Positions 19,823 through 30,266 of a DNA stretch of 64,000 nt are shown in pieces (positions within the stretch are counted from its first letter, which is position 1; every line of letters begins with the position of its first letter). This DNA is from Candidatus Latescibacterota bacterium. GTDB taxonomy: Bacteria > Latescibacterota > UBA2968 > UBA8231. The notes below the pieces were generated by a model. The model saw only the letters and a program-made list of their open reading frames with translations. It was not told the origin of the DNA and searched no databases. Position numbers and translations under genes: made by a program. The stretch is from contig CBDETK010000013.1 of the NCBI GenBank assembly GCA_965242865.1, positions 2,176,001 to 2,240,000 on the forward strand. The letters are read 5' to 3'.

Positions 19823-21947
19823 GATTGCTCTGGCTGGCCGACCCCATAGTCAGCACCCCGACGTAAGCGTCGTAGAAACTCTGAACATTGCTCACGTAAT
19901 GCACGGGTTGACCGCCGCGACAAAAACCGTAGCGCGCTCGTTGGTAGTACGCCGGCTTGGCCAGCAGCTTCATCGCCCGTTCCACGTGGCCAAACCACTG
20001 GTCGGGATTCCAGCCATTTTCGCGGGCCAAGCGGCGGGCGTCGAGCACGTGCCCGTACCCGACATTGTACGAGGCCAACGCAAAGCGCATCCGCTCGTCG
20101 AGGGGGATTTTCGGATCAAAGCGATCGACTAATTGGGCCATGTACTTTACCCCGGCGTGGATATTCTCTTCGGGATCGTGCAGATCGGTAAATCCCAACT
20201 CGCGCCCGGTAACGGGCATGATCTGCATCAGCCCCCGCGCGCCGACCCAGCTCGTGGCCTGTGGGTTGAACTTGGATTCTTGGTACATCTGCGCGGTAAT
20301 CAAGCGCCAATCTTGGCCGTACTGGCGGGCGTATTTTTTCACCAACTCATCGTAGGGCGACAGGCGACCGCTCAAATCGACCCGCAGCGAGTCCTTGGCC
20401 TTGGCGATGGTGCGCTTGTTTTTGAAGTACCGCTGCTTGATCACGTTAAAAAACAAGCCCCCTTTTTCCTCTTGGACGTACTGGTTGAGCGCGGCCAGCA
20501 AGGCCGGATTGTCCGGGCGCACCGCCCAGCCCAAAGCGGTCGGCTTGATGCTAAAGGCCGCCTTGAGTTGACGGCCGTAGGCGAGTTCCACGTCGAGCAG
20601 GTTGGAGTCGCACAGGGTAATGTCGTAGTGCCCCTCCTCGACGCTGGCGAGAATGTCTTCGGTTTCGAGGGAGTCGGGCAGGGGCGCGATTTGCAACCCT
20701 TCTATGGAGTCAGCGAGGGCCATCAGGGTGGTGTAAAAGGAAGAGCTGGGACGCACGTGGACCGTGCGCCCGGCCAAGTCCGCTAGGCTGGCAATCGAAT
20801 CCTCATCTGCGCGCACTACCACCAGCTCTTCTACCTCGTTGTACGGCCGGGTAAACGCGGCCTGCGCTCGTCGCTCCGCCGTGATGGTCATGGCCGCGGC
20901 CACCACGTCGCCCTTGCCCTCGTTCAAATACGCCAGCAGCCCGGCGTGGCTGTCTGGAATGACGATGTCGAGCCGCAGATCGTGCCGGTCGGCAAATTCC
21001 TTGATCAGCTCGTATTCAAAGCCCACCTGCCGGCCGCGATGAATGAAATAGGTCATGGCGTTGTTGCGCGTGATCATGCGCAGCCGCCGACGCTCTTTTA
21101 AGCCGGGCAGATCGTCGGTGAAGGCATGCTGGGGTTGGTGCGTAAAATGCCGGGCGAGCACGTATTCATCGACCTTGGTCTTGAGCTGGACATCGCCGGG
21201 CCGCATCATCAGGGCAATCGGGCGGTTTTCGGCCAGCACCAAGGGCGTGGCCATGCTATCGTAGTAGCTTGCCACCGCCCGCCACAAGTGCTCGTCGGCG
21301 ACCGTGGCGGCGTAGTCGCCGCGGACGATGCCTTCGACCAGCGGTTCGAGGCCGAGCGTTTCCGGCGCGGCGTGAATGCTCAACGACGGCACTTGACGCT
21401 GAATATCCACCAGGGTCTGGTAGTGCGAGCTGGAGCGCCGGACGCCGATTTTCATGCCGGCCAAATCCTCAATCGCGGCCGGTAGGCTGTCGCTGGCCGC
21501 GGTGATCAGGTATTCATCTACATAGAGATACGGCACGGAAAACGCCGCTTGCTCCTGCCGCGCCGGCGTAATCGTCAGACTCGCCGCGACGATGTCGCCG
21601 TGGCCGCCGAGGAGTTTCTGGACCATCTGGGCATAGCTTTCGACCTGTACCAGCACCAGTTCTAGCTTGAGGGCCTCGGCCAAGCCGCGGGCGAGGTCGT
21701 AGTCGATGGTCACCGGTTCGGCCGACTTGGGGAGGTGGGCAATCGGCGTTGCGGGAACGATGACCCGCAACTTGCCGTGCTGCTGCAATACCGGCAGATC
21801 GCCAGTGTATTGGGGAGGCGGTGGAGCTGGGGGAGTTGCCGGTTGGCTGCATGGCGCCAAGGTCGCCAAGGCAACGAGCCCTGCGGGCAGCAGCAGGCGC
21901 AATCGGTTGGGAAAACCGCGTCTCATGGGTGTCAGTGCATTGGGCAT
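19800..21947 (-). CDS. mltF: MltF-like lytic transglycosylase with two substrate-binding domains
   Basis: Two SBP-3 repeats (GDIVAASLTIT, GDVVAAAMTIT); SLT domain YQESKF, GARGLMQIMP, ASYNVGYGHVLDAR. Confidence 0.85.
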   Translation of the reverse strand: MPNALTPMRRGFPNRLRLLLPAGLVALATLAPCSQPATPPAPPPPQYTGDLPVLQQHGKLRVIVPATPIAHLPKSAEPVTIDYDLARGLAEALKLELVLVQVESYAQMVQKLLGGHGDIVAASLTITPARQEQAAFSVPYLYVDEYLITAASDSLPAAIEDLAGMKIGVRRSSSHYQTLVDIQRQVPSLSIHAAPETLGLEPLVEGIVRGDYAATVADEHLWRAVASYYDSMATPLVLAENRPIALMMRPGDVQLKTKVDEYVLARHFTHQPQHAFTDDLPGLKERRRLRMITRNNAMTYFIHRGRQVGFEYELIKEFADRHDLRLDIVIPDSHAGLLAYLNEGKGDVVAAAMTITAERRAQAAFTRPYNEVEELVVVRADEDSIASLADLAGRTVHVRPSSSFYTTLMALADSIEGLQIAPLPDSLETEDILASVEEGHYDITLCDSNLLDVELAYGRQLKAAFSIKPTALGWAVRPDNPALLAALNQYVQEEKGGLFFNVIKQRYFKNKRTIAKAKDSLRVDLSGRLSPYDELVKKYARQYGQDWRLITAQMYQESKFNPQATSWVGARGLMQIMPVTGRELGFTDLHDPEENIHAGVKYMAQLVDRFDPKIPLDERMRFALASYNVGYGHVLDARRLARENGWNPDQWFGHVERAMKLLAKPAYYQRARYGFCRGGQPVHYVSNVQSFYDAYVGVLTMGSASQSNHDPARYH

Positions 21948-22096
21948 TTAGCGCAAACTTTGCTTTGGGGCATCACAACGAATGATAGAAAAGGGCGGCG
22001 TTCTTCGTCAAGCCGTTTTGCCCCGGCCGCCCGGGTTGACGCTGCTTCCGCAAAGGCCCTTTATTTCCGCACTTGCTCTGAGGAGGATTGACCGCC

Positions 22097-23116
22097 ATGC
22101 GAACCCGTGGACTCACCGTCGTCGAGCCGGGGCGGATCGAGGTCGCAGAAACCGATCTCGACGACCGCCTGCACTCTCACGAAGTACTAATAGCAACCGA
22201 ATACTCCATCGTCAGTGCCGGCACCGAGGGCGCGGGCTTTACCGGCCTCGTCCAGCAGATGCCCTTTGGCGACGCCGGCCAGTATCCCCGCCACACCGGC
22301 TACGGCAACCTCGGCCAAGTGCTGCGGGTCGGCGACGCCGTCGCCGGCGTGCAACCGGGCGACCGCGTGCTGTCCTTTGCCCGCCACGCTTCCATCGTCA
22401 AGGCCGATGCCCGGCGCATGGTGCTGCCGGTCGCGCACGAGGCCCCCGGCCAGCACCTCGTGTTTGCGCGCATGGCCGGCGTCAGCATCGCGGCCTTGCG
22501 CTCGGCCAGCGTCCAGCCCGGCGACACCGTGCTGGTGGTCGGCGGCGGCCTCGTGGGCAACTTTGCCGCCCAGCTCTTCTGCCTAGCGGGCACTGACGTC
22601 ATGCTCGCGGATTTGTCCGAGCTGCGCCTGCGCCAAGCGCGGGCCTGCGGCATTGAACGCACCGTCAATCCCAGCCGCGCCGATCTAGCAGAAGCGGTGC
22701 GCGACTGGACCGGCGGCGCTGGTGCCCGCGTCGGCGTCGAGGCCATCGGCATCAGCGAAGTGATCGCCCAAACCGCCATGTGCGTCGCCCGCCACGGCGA
22801 GCTCATCCTCCTCGGCAGTCCGCGCGCCCCGGCCCACTTCGACGTGACGCCCATGCTGCTCCGCATCCACCTAGAGGCGATCCGCGTGATCGGGGCCCTC
22901 GAATGGCGCTGGCCCCAGCACGCCACCGAGCGCACCCGCGATCTCGACGCCAATTACCGCCAGATCGCCGGGTGGATCGCCGCCGGCCAACTCGCGGTCG
23001 AGCCGCTGCTCACCCACCTAGCCTCGCCGGCCGACTGTCAGCCCATGTACGACGGACTTACCGCCAACCAAGAGGAATACCTCGGCGTGGTCTTCGACTG
23101 GTCGCGCCTGAGCTAA
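22097..23116 (+). CDS. Zinc-binding alcohol dehydrogenase family (MDR) oxidoreductase
   Basis: SIVSAGTE, GY..LG.V..VG, Rossmann GGGLVG; AGGAGG RBS upstream. Confidence 0.85.
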   Translation: MRTRGLTVVEPGRIEVAETDLDDRLHSHEVLIATEYSIVSAGTEGAGFTGLVQQMPFGDAGQYPRHTGYGNLGQVLRVGDAVAGVQPGDRVLSFARHASIVKADARRMVLPVAHEAPGQHLVFARMAGVSIAALRSASVQPGDTVLVVGGGLVGNFAAQLFCLAGTDVMLADLSELRLRQARACGIERTVNPSRADLAEAVRDWTGGAGARVGVEAIGISEVIAQTAMCVARHGELILLGSPRAPAHFDVTPMLLRIHLEAIRVIGALEWRWPQHATERTRDLDANYRQIAGWIAAGQLAVEPLLTHLASPADCQPMYDGLTANQEEYLGVVFDWSRLS

Positions 23117-23135
23117 TCGTGTCAACGCACTACCC

Positions 23136-23402
23136 ATGAAACATATCGAAATTGTCGATGGGGCATTGAACAGCCGCTTTGAACTATACGCTGTGACCGA
23201 TCAGGTCTTTGATTTGCTATTTCCGACAAAAAAAGACGAAATATACCTCGAAGACCTGAGCAAAGAACTGCAAGAGAATGCAGCCTTCTGGGACCAAGTG
23301 TACGCCCGAGAGGTGGACCGACGCACCGTTCAGGGAATTCACGGCATCCTTCACACGCATCCCAAAGCGAAAATTTCCATTCTAGAACAAACCGCTGGTT
23401 AA
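23136..23402 (+). CDS. Hypothetical protein
   Basis: Compact 88-aa ORF (IVDGALN...GIHGIL) co-oriented with its neighbours. Confidence 0.6.
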   Translation: MKHIEIVDGALNSRFELYAVTDQVFDLLFPTKKDEIYLEDLSKELQENAAFWDQVYAREVDRRTVQGIHGILHTHPKAKISILEQTAG

Positions 23403-23464
23403 ATAAATCGGCTAGTGACCAATCAAAATCATTTCCACACTTCCATCATTTAGGATGCTCCCTC

Positions 23465-25900
23465 TTGCAAGCACCTCCAAACAATACCGTGGCGGTTCTC
23501 GTCGCCACGGCCCATCGGGCGAACCTGCTGCTTCCCTCGATTGAGCACCAGTCTCGGCAGCCGGTGCGCGTGGTCGTCGTTGATGACTCGGGCGACGATG
23601 CCGCCGCAGAACGGACCGAACGACTGGTTCGGGATTGGCAACCGGCCGGCATTGACGCGGACTTTCTTCGCAATCAGCGCACGAAGGGCGCAGCCGGCAC
23701 GTGGAACTCCGGCCTAGATCACCTGTTGCGGATGTGTAGCGACCCCGAGCGGCTCTACGTCGCGATCTTGGCTGATGACGATCAATGGGATCCACACCAC
23801 TTGGAGAGATGTCTGGCGACCGCCGAGAGTTTCGGTCTCGATATGATCGCGGCGCAGTTCTGGAGAATTGAGGAGAACGCCGAACCGCGTCTGGTGGTTC
23901 CGCCCCGGTCGCTCGACATGGCGAACTTCTTAGCGGGAAACCCGGGGATTCAGGGCAGCAACTTGGTTTGCCGGCTGAACGTACTGCTCGAAGCCGGCCT
24001 GTTTGACGAATCGCTGCGGAGCTGTATGGACCACGACCTGTGCATCCGCATTGCGGAGTTGCCCGGGGTGCGCTACGGCATCACTTCCGAGCCAACCGTT
24101 TATCATTTCGCTTGTAGCTCCACGCCGGGGTCGACCGCCAAGACTGACGGCCTCGATCGATTCTTCCGCAAGTACTGCGGCCGCATGTCTGGTGCCGAAC
24201 GGACGGAGTTTCGGAGGCGGGCCAACAGGCTTTTCGGGTGGCAGGAATCGGCACTCGAGTCTGCGGTCACCAGTGCGGGGCACCATGGCACGCCCCGGCC
24301 GCTGACATCGGCCCCGCCCCGGCCGCACCTAATCGTCGGCATGATCGCCGACACGGAGCAACTCGAAAACGCCGGCAATCTACTCGCCGATCTTCGCGAA
24401 CTCGCCGAGGATTCGGGTTTATCGGGCCACGATGTCCTGATTCTGGAAAACGGTTGCGGCAGGACGCCCAATGTGGCGCTGCGGTACCTTGTCGAAAGCG
24501 AGCGCAAGCACGGTCTACGGGTGCATCTCGTCGATCGCGCACGGCATATACGAGACGCCGCGAACGGGCTGGTTATCGACAGCGGCGCAAGCCGAGGCCG
24601 CAAACTGCCCATCGCCCCTGCCCGGACGGTATTGCAGTCCTATTTGTACGCGTTCGCCAAGGGCCAAGCCGGCGCGATAGTATGGATCGTTGATGACGAC
24701 ATGCGGCTAGATCCGCTCGTCATTGAAGAAGACGGACGGCTACAGCGGCGATCGTGGGCACTCGCGCCGGTGCTGCGGGAACTTCGCCGGCTTCGCGCTG
24801 GCGGCACTATCGATATCGCCATCGGGATATGTACCGGTGCTCCGCCAGTCCCGTTTGCAGCTACCGTGCGGGTTCAACTTGTTGATCTGGTCGCGTCGTT
24901 GTGGTGGTTGTCGTCTCAGGACCCGCAGGCGGCCTTACCGGACCGCGGTGTGGAGAACGCGGAACAGCGGTCCGGCCGGCGCGATTACTATTACGATTTA
25001 TCGCACGACGAAACGGATCGGTTGGAAACTCCGTTCTGGATCACTCCAACGTTTCCCGGCGAGCGTGTCGGCGAGGCGTTCGAGCGCGTGGTCGGTGCGG
25101 CTGAGCGAATTTTAGCTGGAGAACAGCTTTTCCGCCCCCTCGCCGTTGCTGCCGGCATTGACCCACTGGAATCCATCGACGATGGACTTCAGCGCGGCGG
25201 CAATACCTTCGTTCTCGATGTCGAGACACTGAGGTTAGCCCCCAATCCTTCACCGATCATTGACGGCCGGCCGAGCCGACGCTCCGACATGGTTTGGGCG
25301 TTGATGCAAAAACAATACTTTGGCAAGCGCGTCGTCACCGTGCCGATTGCCTTGTATCACGATAGATCCCGCGTCCCTGCCGGCAAGCTGGATGTCGAAC
25401 GTATTGTGGACGACATTCGCGGCTATGCGATGTTCTCGGCACTGAAGGACATTCCCGAAGTGTTCACGGTCGCTGATGGCTATCGCATCGCTCTGGCAGA
25501 AGGAAAAATTGACCACTTTGCCGGTCGCGTCCACAAGTACCTCGAAGAACGGCTGGCGGTGTTTCACCTATCGTTCTACCGCATCCGCGGTCTGACGTGC
25601 GTTCTGCGGCAACTTGTGGACGCCGAAGCGATCTGGTGGCAAGGAGAGGAGTTCCAAGCATCTAGAGAACGGCTCAGAAGGTTTTGTGATCTTTTAGATC
25701 ACTCTTACGAGGACGGGGTTTTGGACCATATCAAAAGCAAGGCGGGCGTTCGGGATGCTCGCCAAATCCGAGAATTTCTCGAACAACTGCCGGTAGAAAT
25801 CGAGCTCCATCGAAATCGGACCTTGAAATTTTCCGCATCGGCGCATAACTTAGTTGAGTACTTGGGCCAACCGACCGTCCCTCGGGATAGACAGTTATGA
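23465..25900 (+). CDS. Large glycosyltransferase: N-terminal GT2 plus a second GT-A-like domain
   Basis: VVVVDDS, GAAGTWNSGL, LADDDQW, GLFDESL...DHDLCIR; second domain WIVDDDMRL...GGNTF...RRSD; no TM helices. Confidence 0.8.
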   Translation: MQAPPNNTVAVLVATAHRANLLLPSIEHQSRQPVRVVVVDDSGDDAAAERTERLVRDWQPAGIDADFLRNQRTKGAAGTWNSGLDHLLRMCSDPERLYVAILADDDQWDPHHLERCLATAESFGLDMIAAQFWRIEENAEPRLVVPPRSLDMANFLAGNPGIQGSNLVCRLNVLLEAGLFDESLRSCMDHDLCIRIAELPGVRYGITSEPTVYHFACSSTPGSTAKTDGLDRFFRKYCGRMSGAERTEFRRRANRLFGWQESALESAVTSAGHHGTPRPLTSAPPRPHLIVGMIADTEQLENAGNLLADLRELAEDSGLSGHDVLILENGCGRTPNVALRYLVESERKHGLRVHLVDRARHIRDAANGLVIDSGASRGRKLPIAPARTVLQSYLYAFAKGQAGAIVWIVDDDMRLDPLVIEEDGRLQRRSWALAPVLRELRRLRAGGTIDIAIGICTGAPPVPFAATVRVQLVDLVASLWWLSSQDPQAALPDRGVENAEQRSGRRDYYYDLSHDETDRLETPFWITPTFPGERVGEAFERVVGAAERILAGEQLFRPLAVAAGIDPLESIDDGLQRGGNTFVLDVETLRLAPNPSPIIDGRPSRRSDMVWALMQKQYFGKRVVTVPIALYHDRSRVPAGKLDVERIVDDIRGYAMFSALKDIPEVFTVADGYRIALAEGKIDHFAGRVHKYLEERLAVFHLSFYRIRGLTCVLRQLVDAEAIWWQGEEFQASRERLRRFCDLLDHSYEDGVLDHIKSKAGVRDARQIREFLEQLPVEIELHRNRTLKFSASAHNLVEYLGQPTVPRDRQL

Positions 25901-26667
25901 AATCGCTTCCATATCAAAAATTTGTGATTGTTTGCACTGCCCGAACAGGATCGACGATGCTCTACTCTTATCTTAATTCACATCCTGAAATTCTTTGTTT
26001 AAGCAGCGTTTATGATCGAAGTGATAGAATTAACTTTGGGAAATTCTACGGATGTTTACCTAATGTCTGTTGGGACAGGCAACTTGTGGAAGCAAGAGAC
26101 AAAAATCCAGTTGATTTTCTTGCAACCTATATCTTCAAAACATTTTCAATACGGTACAAGGCTGTTGGCTTCAAATACTTTTACTACAATGACAGATTCC
26201 TCCATAGTAAAAGTGACCTCGTTGACTACTTCAAAATCAACACAGATATAAAATTTTTACACATAAAGAGAAAAAATCTTTTAGCATCTTTATTTTCGTA
26301 TAAAAGAGCATTAAGCCAAGATAAGTGGATAAATGCAGATATTGAATTCAAAACTGAAATTTGTATTTCGGAATGTGAGCGGTATTTCAAGACTACCATT
26401 GATCAGCAAAAACGCTTTGACCATTTTTTTGGAAAGAGAATTTTTCAAATCACGTACGAAGATTTTGAATTGTGCCCTCACCCTCAAAAAACACTTATCG
26501 ATCTACAAAAATTTATTGGAGTTTCACCCATCAGATTGAAAACAGAGATAATTAAAAACAAAAACAAGAAACTTTCTGAAGCAATCACGAACTTTGCTGA
26601 ACTGAAATCGCATTTTAAGAAGACGGAGTATTCTGCCTACTTCAACCAACACGGAGGAGACCGATGA
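25897..26667 (+). CDS. PAPS-dependent sulfotransferase (Stf0/NodH-like)
   Basis: 5'-PSB loop TARTGSTML...LNSHP, GFK, 3'-PB RKNLLASLFS, ITYED; strongly AT-rich. Confidence 0.85.
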   Translation: MKSLPYQKFVIVCTARTGSTMLYSYLNSHPEILCLSSVYDRSDRINFGKFYGCLPNVCWDRQLVEARDKNPVDFLATYIFKTFSIRYKAVGFKYFYYNDRFLHSKSDLVDYFKINTDIKFLHIKRKNLLASLFSYKRALSQDKWINADIEFKTEICISECERYFKTTIDQQKRFDHFFGKRIFQITYEDFELCPHPQKTLIDLQKFIGVSPIRLKTEIIKNKNKKLSEAITNFAELKSHFKKTEYSAYFNQHGGDR

Positions 26668-27503
26668 TGTTCAATAAGCACTGGACCGAGAAAGAACACG
26701 CAGAGTGCAAAGCCATAGTGGCCAGATGGGTGTCTTTGCAGGCGACGGAGAATAATCCGACTGGTATGGATGCCATTTCAAATCAAGTGGTGAACCACTT
26801 GAAGGATTCCGATTTTCAAGTCGAGAGAATCGAAAATCCGAATGCTTTATACCGGCCTCTCATCGTTGCCAAACGAGAAAGCAATCCCAGCGGACCGTGG
26901 TTGGGCTTCTTCGGTCATTACGACGTAGAACCTGCAGACGCAAGTGAGTGGTCGTATAATCCTTGGGAACTGACGGATGTCGATGGACGCTGGGGAGGTA
27001 GAGGCGTCGGCGATAACCTAGTTCCGCTGGCGCAACGTCTCGTGTTGTTCAAGAGCTTGGATCGCCGTGTCAATCTCGCCTGCTACCTACAGGGCGAGGA
27101 GGAGATCGGAAGTCCGTTCGCCAGGGAGATGTACGCTACCCTTGACGTCTCGAATATCGCATTGTGGATTGAGGAGACGGGATATTTCTACAATGACGGA
27201 AGGCAACGATTTCTGATTCAGAACGACAATAGCCTTCTTCGTAGGGTACTCGACGAATTGCAGAAAACCCTTATTGAGGATGGACGAGCATGGACTATCC
27301 TCAATCGGCCCTTGAACAAAGCGCAGGGAAACGACCGATGTCCCTGTCTCAATCATCTTCTGGGTGAAATCCCATACTTGGCAATCGGCCCCAATGATGA
27401 TCGCTTCGCCGTTCACGGAAGTGATGAATCTATCGATCCCGAATTGCTGCCGCTCTGCGCTCTTCAGCTCCACAAAATAGCAGAGGTGCTTATCCGTGGC
27501 TGA
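26664..27503 (+). CDS. M20/M25/M40 metallo-amidohydrolase (short form)
   Basis: FFGHYDVEP, GRGVGDN, GEEEIGS, VHGSDE. Confidence 0.82.
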   Translation: MMFNKHWTEKEHAECKAIVARWVSLQATENNPTGMDAISNQVVNHLKDSDFQVERIENPNALYRPLIVAKRESNPSGPWLGFFGHYDVEPADASEWSYNPWELTDVDGRWGGRGVGDNLVPLAQRLVLFKSLDRRVNLACYLQGEEEIGSPFAREMYATLDVSNIALWIEETGYFYNDGRQRFLIQNDNSLLRRVLDELQKTLIEDGRAWTILNRPLNKAQGNDRCPCLNHLLGEIPYLAIGPNDDRFAVHGSDESIDPELLPLCALQLHKIAEVLIRG

Positions 27504-28251
27504 TCATCCGTCCGATTTGAATGGATTTATCGAGTCCGGTTACGCTGTGATTCGGGATGTCGTCCCCGCTGAATTGCGGAGCGGCATACAGGATGCCGTC
27601 GCAGCTCTGCAAGACGGTGCCAAGGGAATGAGCCAACAGGTCCTCTACACACACGCTGCCGTACCCAATGGCTCTCCCCCGTTAACCAACCTGATCGACC
27701 AGTGGCTCAATCCATTTCGCTTGCGAGGAGACGGTTCTACCGTTGACGCAGTAAATCAACTGCGTGGCATCGCCAAGGAGTTTTTTGGCGAGGAGATGCA
27801 GATTTTCCAAGATCTGATTTTTCGTAGGACACAGGCCCATGGACATTTTCCATGGCATCAAGACGCATCCTACTGGCCTGTCCAGTTCCGTCGGGGCGCG
27901 ACATTTTGGACGCCTCTCCGAAAAGTGAATGGAAGCGACGGAGGGCTTTATGTCGATCATGGCCATCGGATTGGACGGGCCGCCGCCGTCGATCTCCACA
28001 CCGGAGAAAAGCAGGATGGAAGTGGTCAACTTGAACCTTCAAGACCTGTCGCGCCTGAGCTTTCACCTGGAGATATTCTGATAATCGGCCCGACGACACT
28101 CCACCGTTCTGGCAACGAGATCGGCCCGGTCGAGCGGATCGTCCACGCATCAATCTGGCTCGATATGGATGCGCGATGGGACCATGAAGTTGCACCGAAT
28201 CACCCGATGTGTGCCCTCACGAAGCACGGGGAGCTACTTCGCCTAAGATGA
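27496..28251 (+). CDS. PhyH-family Fe(II)/2OG dioxygenase
   Basis: GYAVIRDV, PWHQDASYW (HxD), TFWTPL, PGD...LHRS. Confidence 0.85.
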   Translation: MADHPSDLNGFIESGYAVIRDVVPAELRSGIQDAVAALQDGAKGMSQQVLYTHAAVPNGSPPLTNLIDQWLNPFRLRGDGSTVDAVNQLRGIAKEFFGEEMQIFQDLIFRRTQAHGHFPWHQDASYWPVQFRRGATFWTPLRKVNGSDGGLYVDHGHRIGRAAAVDLHTGEKQDGSGQLEPSRPVAPELSPGDILIIGPTTLHRSGNEIGPVERIVHASIWLDMDARWDHEVAPNHPMCALTKHGELLRLR

Positions 28252-28255
28252 GATA

Positions 28256-29050
28256 ATGGAGGAGTACACGATAGATGTCGAAGCACTTGATGCCTTTCGG
28301 AGAGCCGTCCAGATCGACGGCATGGAACCCTCCGTCGCCTCTCTGCGGCGTATTACGGAGTTAGTTTTAAGCCATGTTCCCTTCACCAACATCATGATGT
28401 TGGTTCGACCGAGGAGATCGCCTCGATTCGATGAAATCACGGACGACATGCTCTCCCTGCGCGGAGGGCCGTGTGGACATTTCAACCCGTTCATGAATCT
28501 CCTTCTCAAACAAATCGGCTTCGACAGTTCACTCGTTCCGGCCAAGATGTACGGAAAGTTGTCTCACATGGCGATCGTCAGCCGTATCGAGGGCGATTCA
28601 TGGTGGAATGACTTCGGCAATGGTCATCCATACCTGTCGCCTGTCCGACTCGGGTCACCGGAGGAAGTCACTCATGCAGGTCTTACTTATGTAATCACCC
28701 GTGATCAGGATGGCGGTTTTGCAGTCAGACATCGGTATCTTGGAGATAATGGTTTCACAGTGGATTACTCATTCGAGAATAAGCCCGTCGAGTTTAGCTA
28801 CTTCAAGGAAATGATCGAGAAACACTATACCAACGAGAAGTTCGGGCCATTCCTCACGGGTCTCCGATTCATTCGCTTCCCCGAAGGCGAGATGGTAGCC
28901 ATCCGCGATCGCGAATTGTTGCTCACGAAAGATGGCGTACTTGAGAAGCACCAGTTCATCAATTCTTTGGAACTCATTGATGCCGTGAAAGAACATTTTG
29001 CTCAGGCAGACTATCCAATTGAGGACGGATTGCGATGCCTTGGGTGGTAG
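28256..29050 (+). CDS. Arylamine N-acetyltransferase-fold acyltransferase
   Basis: VPFTN, RGGPC (Cys), SHM (His), NDFGNG (Asp): catalytic triad intact. Confidence 0.85.
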   Translation: MEEYTIDVEALDAFRRAVQIDGMEPSVASLRRITELVLSHVPFTNIMMLVRPRRSPRFDEITDDMLSLRGGPCGHFNPFMNLLLKQIGFDSSLVPAKMYGKLSHMAIVSRIEGDSWWNDFGNGHPYLSPVRLGSPEEVTHAGLTYVITRDQDGGFAVRHRYLGDNGFTVDYSFENKPVEFSYFKEMIEKHYTNEKFGPFLTGLRFIRFPEGEMVAIRDRELLLTKDGVLEKHQFINSLELIDAVKEHFAQADYPIEDGLRCLGW

Positions 29051-29051
29051 C

Positions 29052-30266
29052 ATGGGGAGTAAATTCATGACCGATTACAGTGTAAACGAGATGCTGTTCG
29101 ATGCAGCGAATAGTAGGGCCTTGCAGTTTTTTGGCAAACACGGTTACGTCGTATTAGCCAACGTGTTCGCCCTGGAGGAGACCGGGACAGCAAATACAGC
29201 ATTCGATCAGATGAGGCATAGATTCGCCGGGCAAATGCGCCTCTCGATTGAGAAATACGATGAGCGGATCTGCCAGTGGCGCGACCTTTGGATGACGGAG
29301 CCGTATTTTAATGATCTGCTCAACGACGCGAGGCTTCACGGTGCGGCGCAAGCGTTTATGCAGGAAGATGGCGTCCAACTTCTGCACGATCATATAATCA
29401 GGAAACCATACGACGCATTGAACGATACTGTGCCGTGGCATCAGGATTTTCCATTCTGGCCGGTCGACACGCCCAATTCACTTTCCTGCTGGGTTCCCTT
29501 TGAAGATGTGAGTGAGTGCGGTGGGTGTCTCGAAGTGATTGACGGTTCCCATCTCTGGGGTATCTCCCCGCCGGTAGATTTCATTATGGACGCCAAGGAG
29601 TTTGGTTCTCGCGACGACATTATCAGAATACCCGTGTCGGCGGGATCAATCGTCATTCTAAATAGCCTTACTTGGCACCGGACCAATCCGAACGAAGATG
29701 CCGGCACCAATCGCCCCGCTTATATCACACTTTGGATTCCGGCACATGCGCGATACCGCCCTGATTTAGCGGGGTGGCACCCGGTTAATGAGCACGTCAC
29801 GGTCGAATCTGGACAGCATCTAAACACCGACAAATTCCCTCGATTCGGTGAGTTCAATAGAAAACCTAGCGATGCAGACTCGAACACGCCGCTCCATGAA
29901 GGGCCTCTTATCTCCTCGGGGGACACGTTCAATATGTTCAATGCGACTGCATACATTGCGTCCCACATTCACCGTATCACCGGAGATTGGGAAGCGGGCA
30001 TTCCGCGGAAAAATCTGGGTGAATACTTGATTGATGAAAAGGTCCGGGAGCGGATCGTTTGCCGGTCCTTTGAGCAGGGCATCATCGATGCGGAAAAATG
30101 TGAGTGGATGAAGACCCTGTTTGACCAATTGCTCGTGAATTCCTCAGCCTTTCAGATGCACAGAGCCCGCAACATCTACAATGATGCCTATGTGGAGTGG
30201 TGGCTTCACGTTGGTTCAAAATGGGTCGAGCTTTGGGAAGAGACGGACGGGATGGGCCGACGATGA
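29052..30266 (+). CDS. PhyH-family Fe(II)/2OG dioxygenase with C-terminal extension
   Basis: HGYVVL, PWHQDFPFWP, GCLEVIDGSH, TWHRT; about 130 extra C-terminal residues. Confidence 0.85.
   Translation: MGSKFMTDYSVNEMLFDAANSRALQFFGKHGYVVLANVFALEETGTANTAFDQMRHRFAGQMRLSIEKYDERICQWRDLWMTEPYFNDLLNDARLHGAAQAFMQEDGVQLLHDHIIRKPYDALNDTVPWHQDFPFWPVDTPNSLSCWVPFEDVSECGGCLEVIDGSHLWGISPPVDFIMDAKEFGSRDDIIRIPVSAGSIVILNSLTWHRTNPNEDAGTNRPAYITLWIPAHARYRPDLAGWHPVNEHVTVESGQHLNTDKFPRFGEFNRKPSDADSNTPLHEGPLISSGDTFNMFNATAYIASHIHRITGDWEAGIPRKNLGEYLIDEKVRERIVCRSFEQGIIDAEKCEWMKTLFDQLLVNSSAFQMHRARNIYNDAYVEWWLHVGSKWVELWEETDGMGRR

Noticed and set aside
27496-30266. Fe/2OG halogenases
   Set aside because: Both enzymes keep HxD rather than HxG/A, which indicates hydroxylase-type sites.
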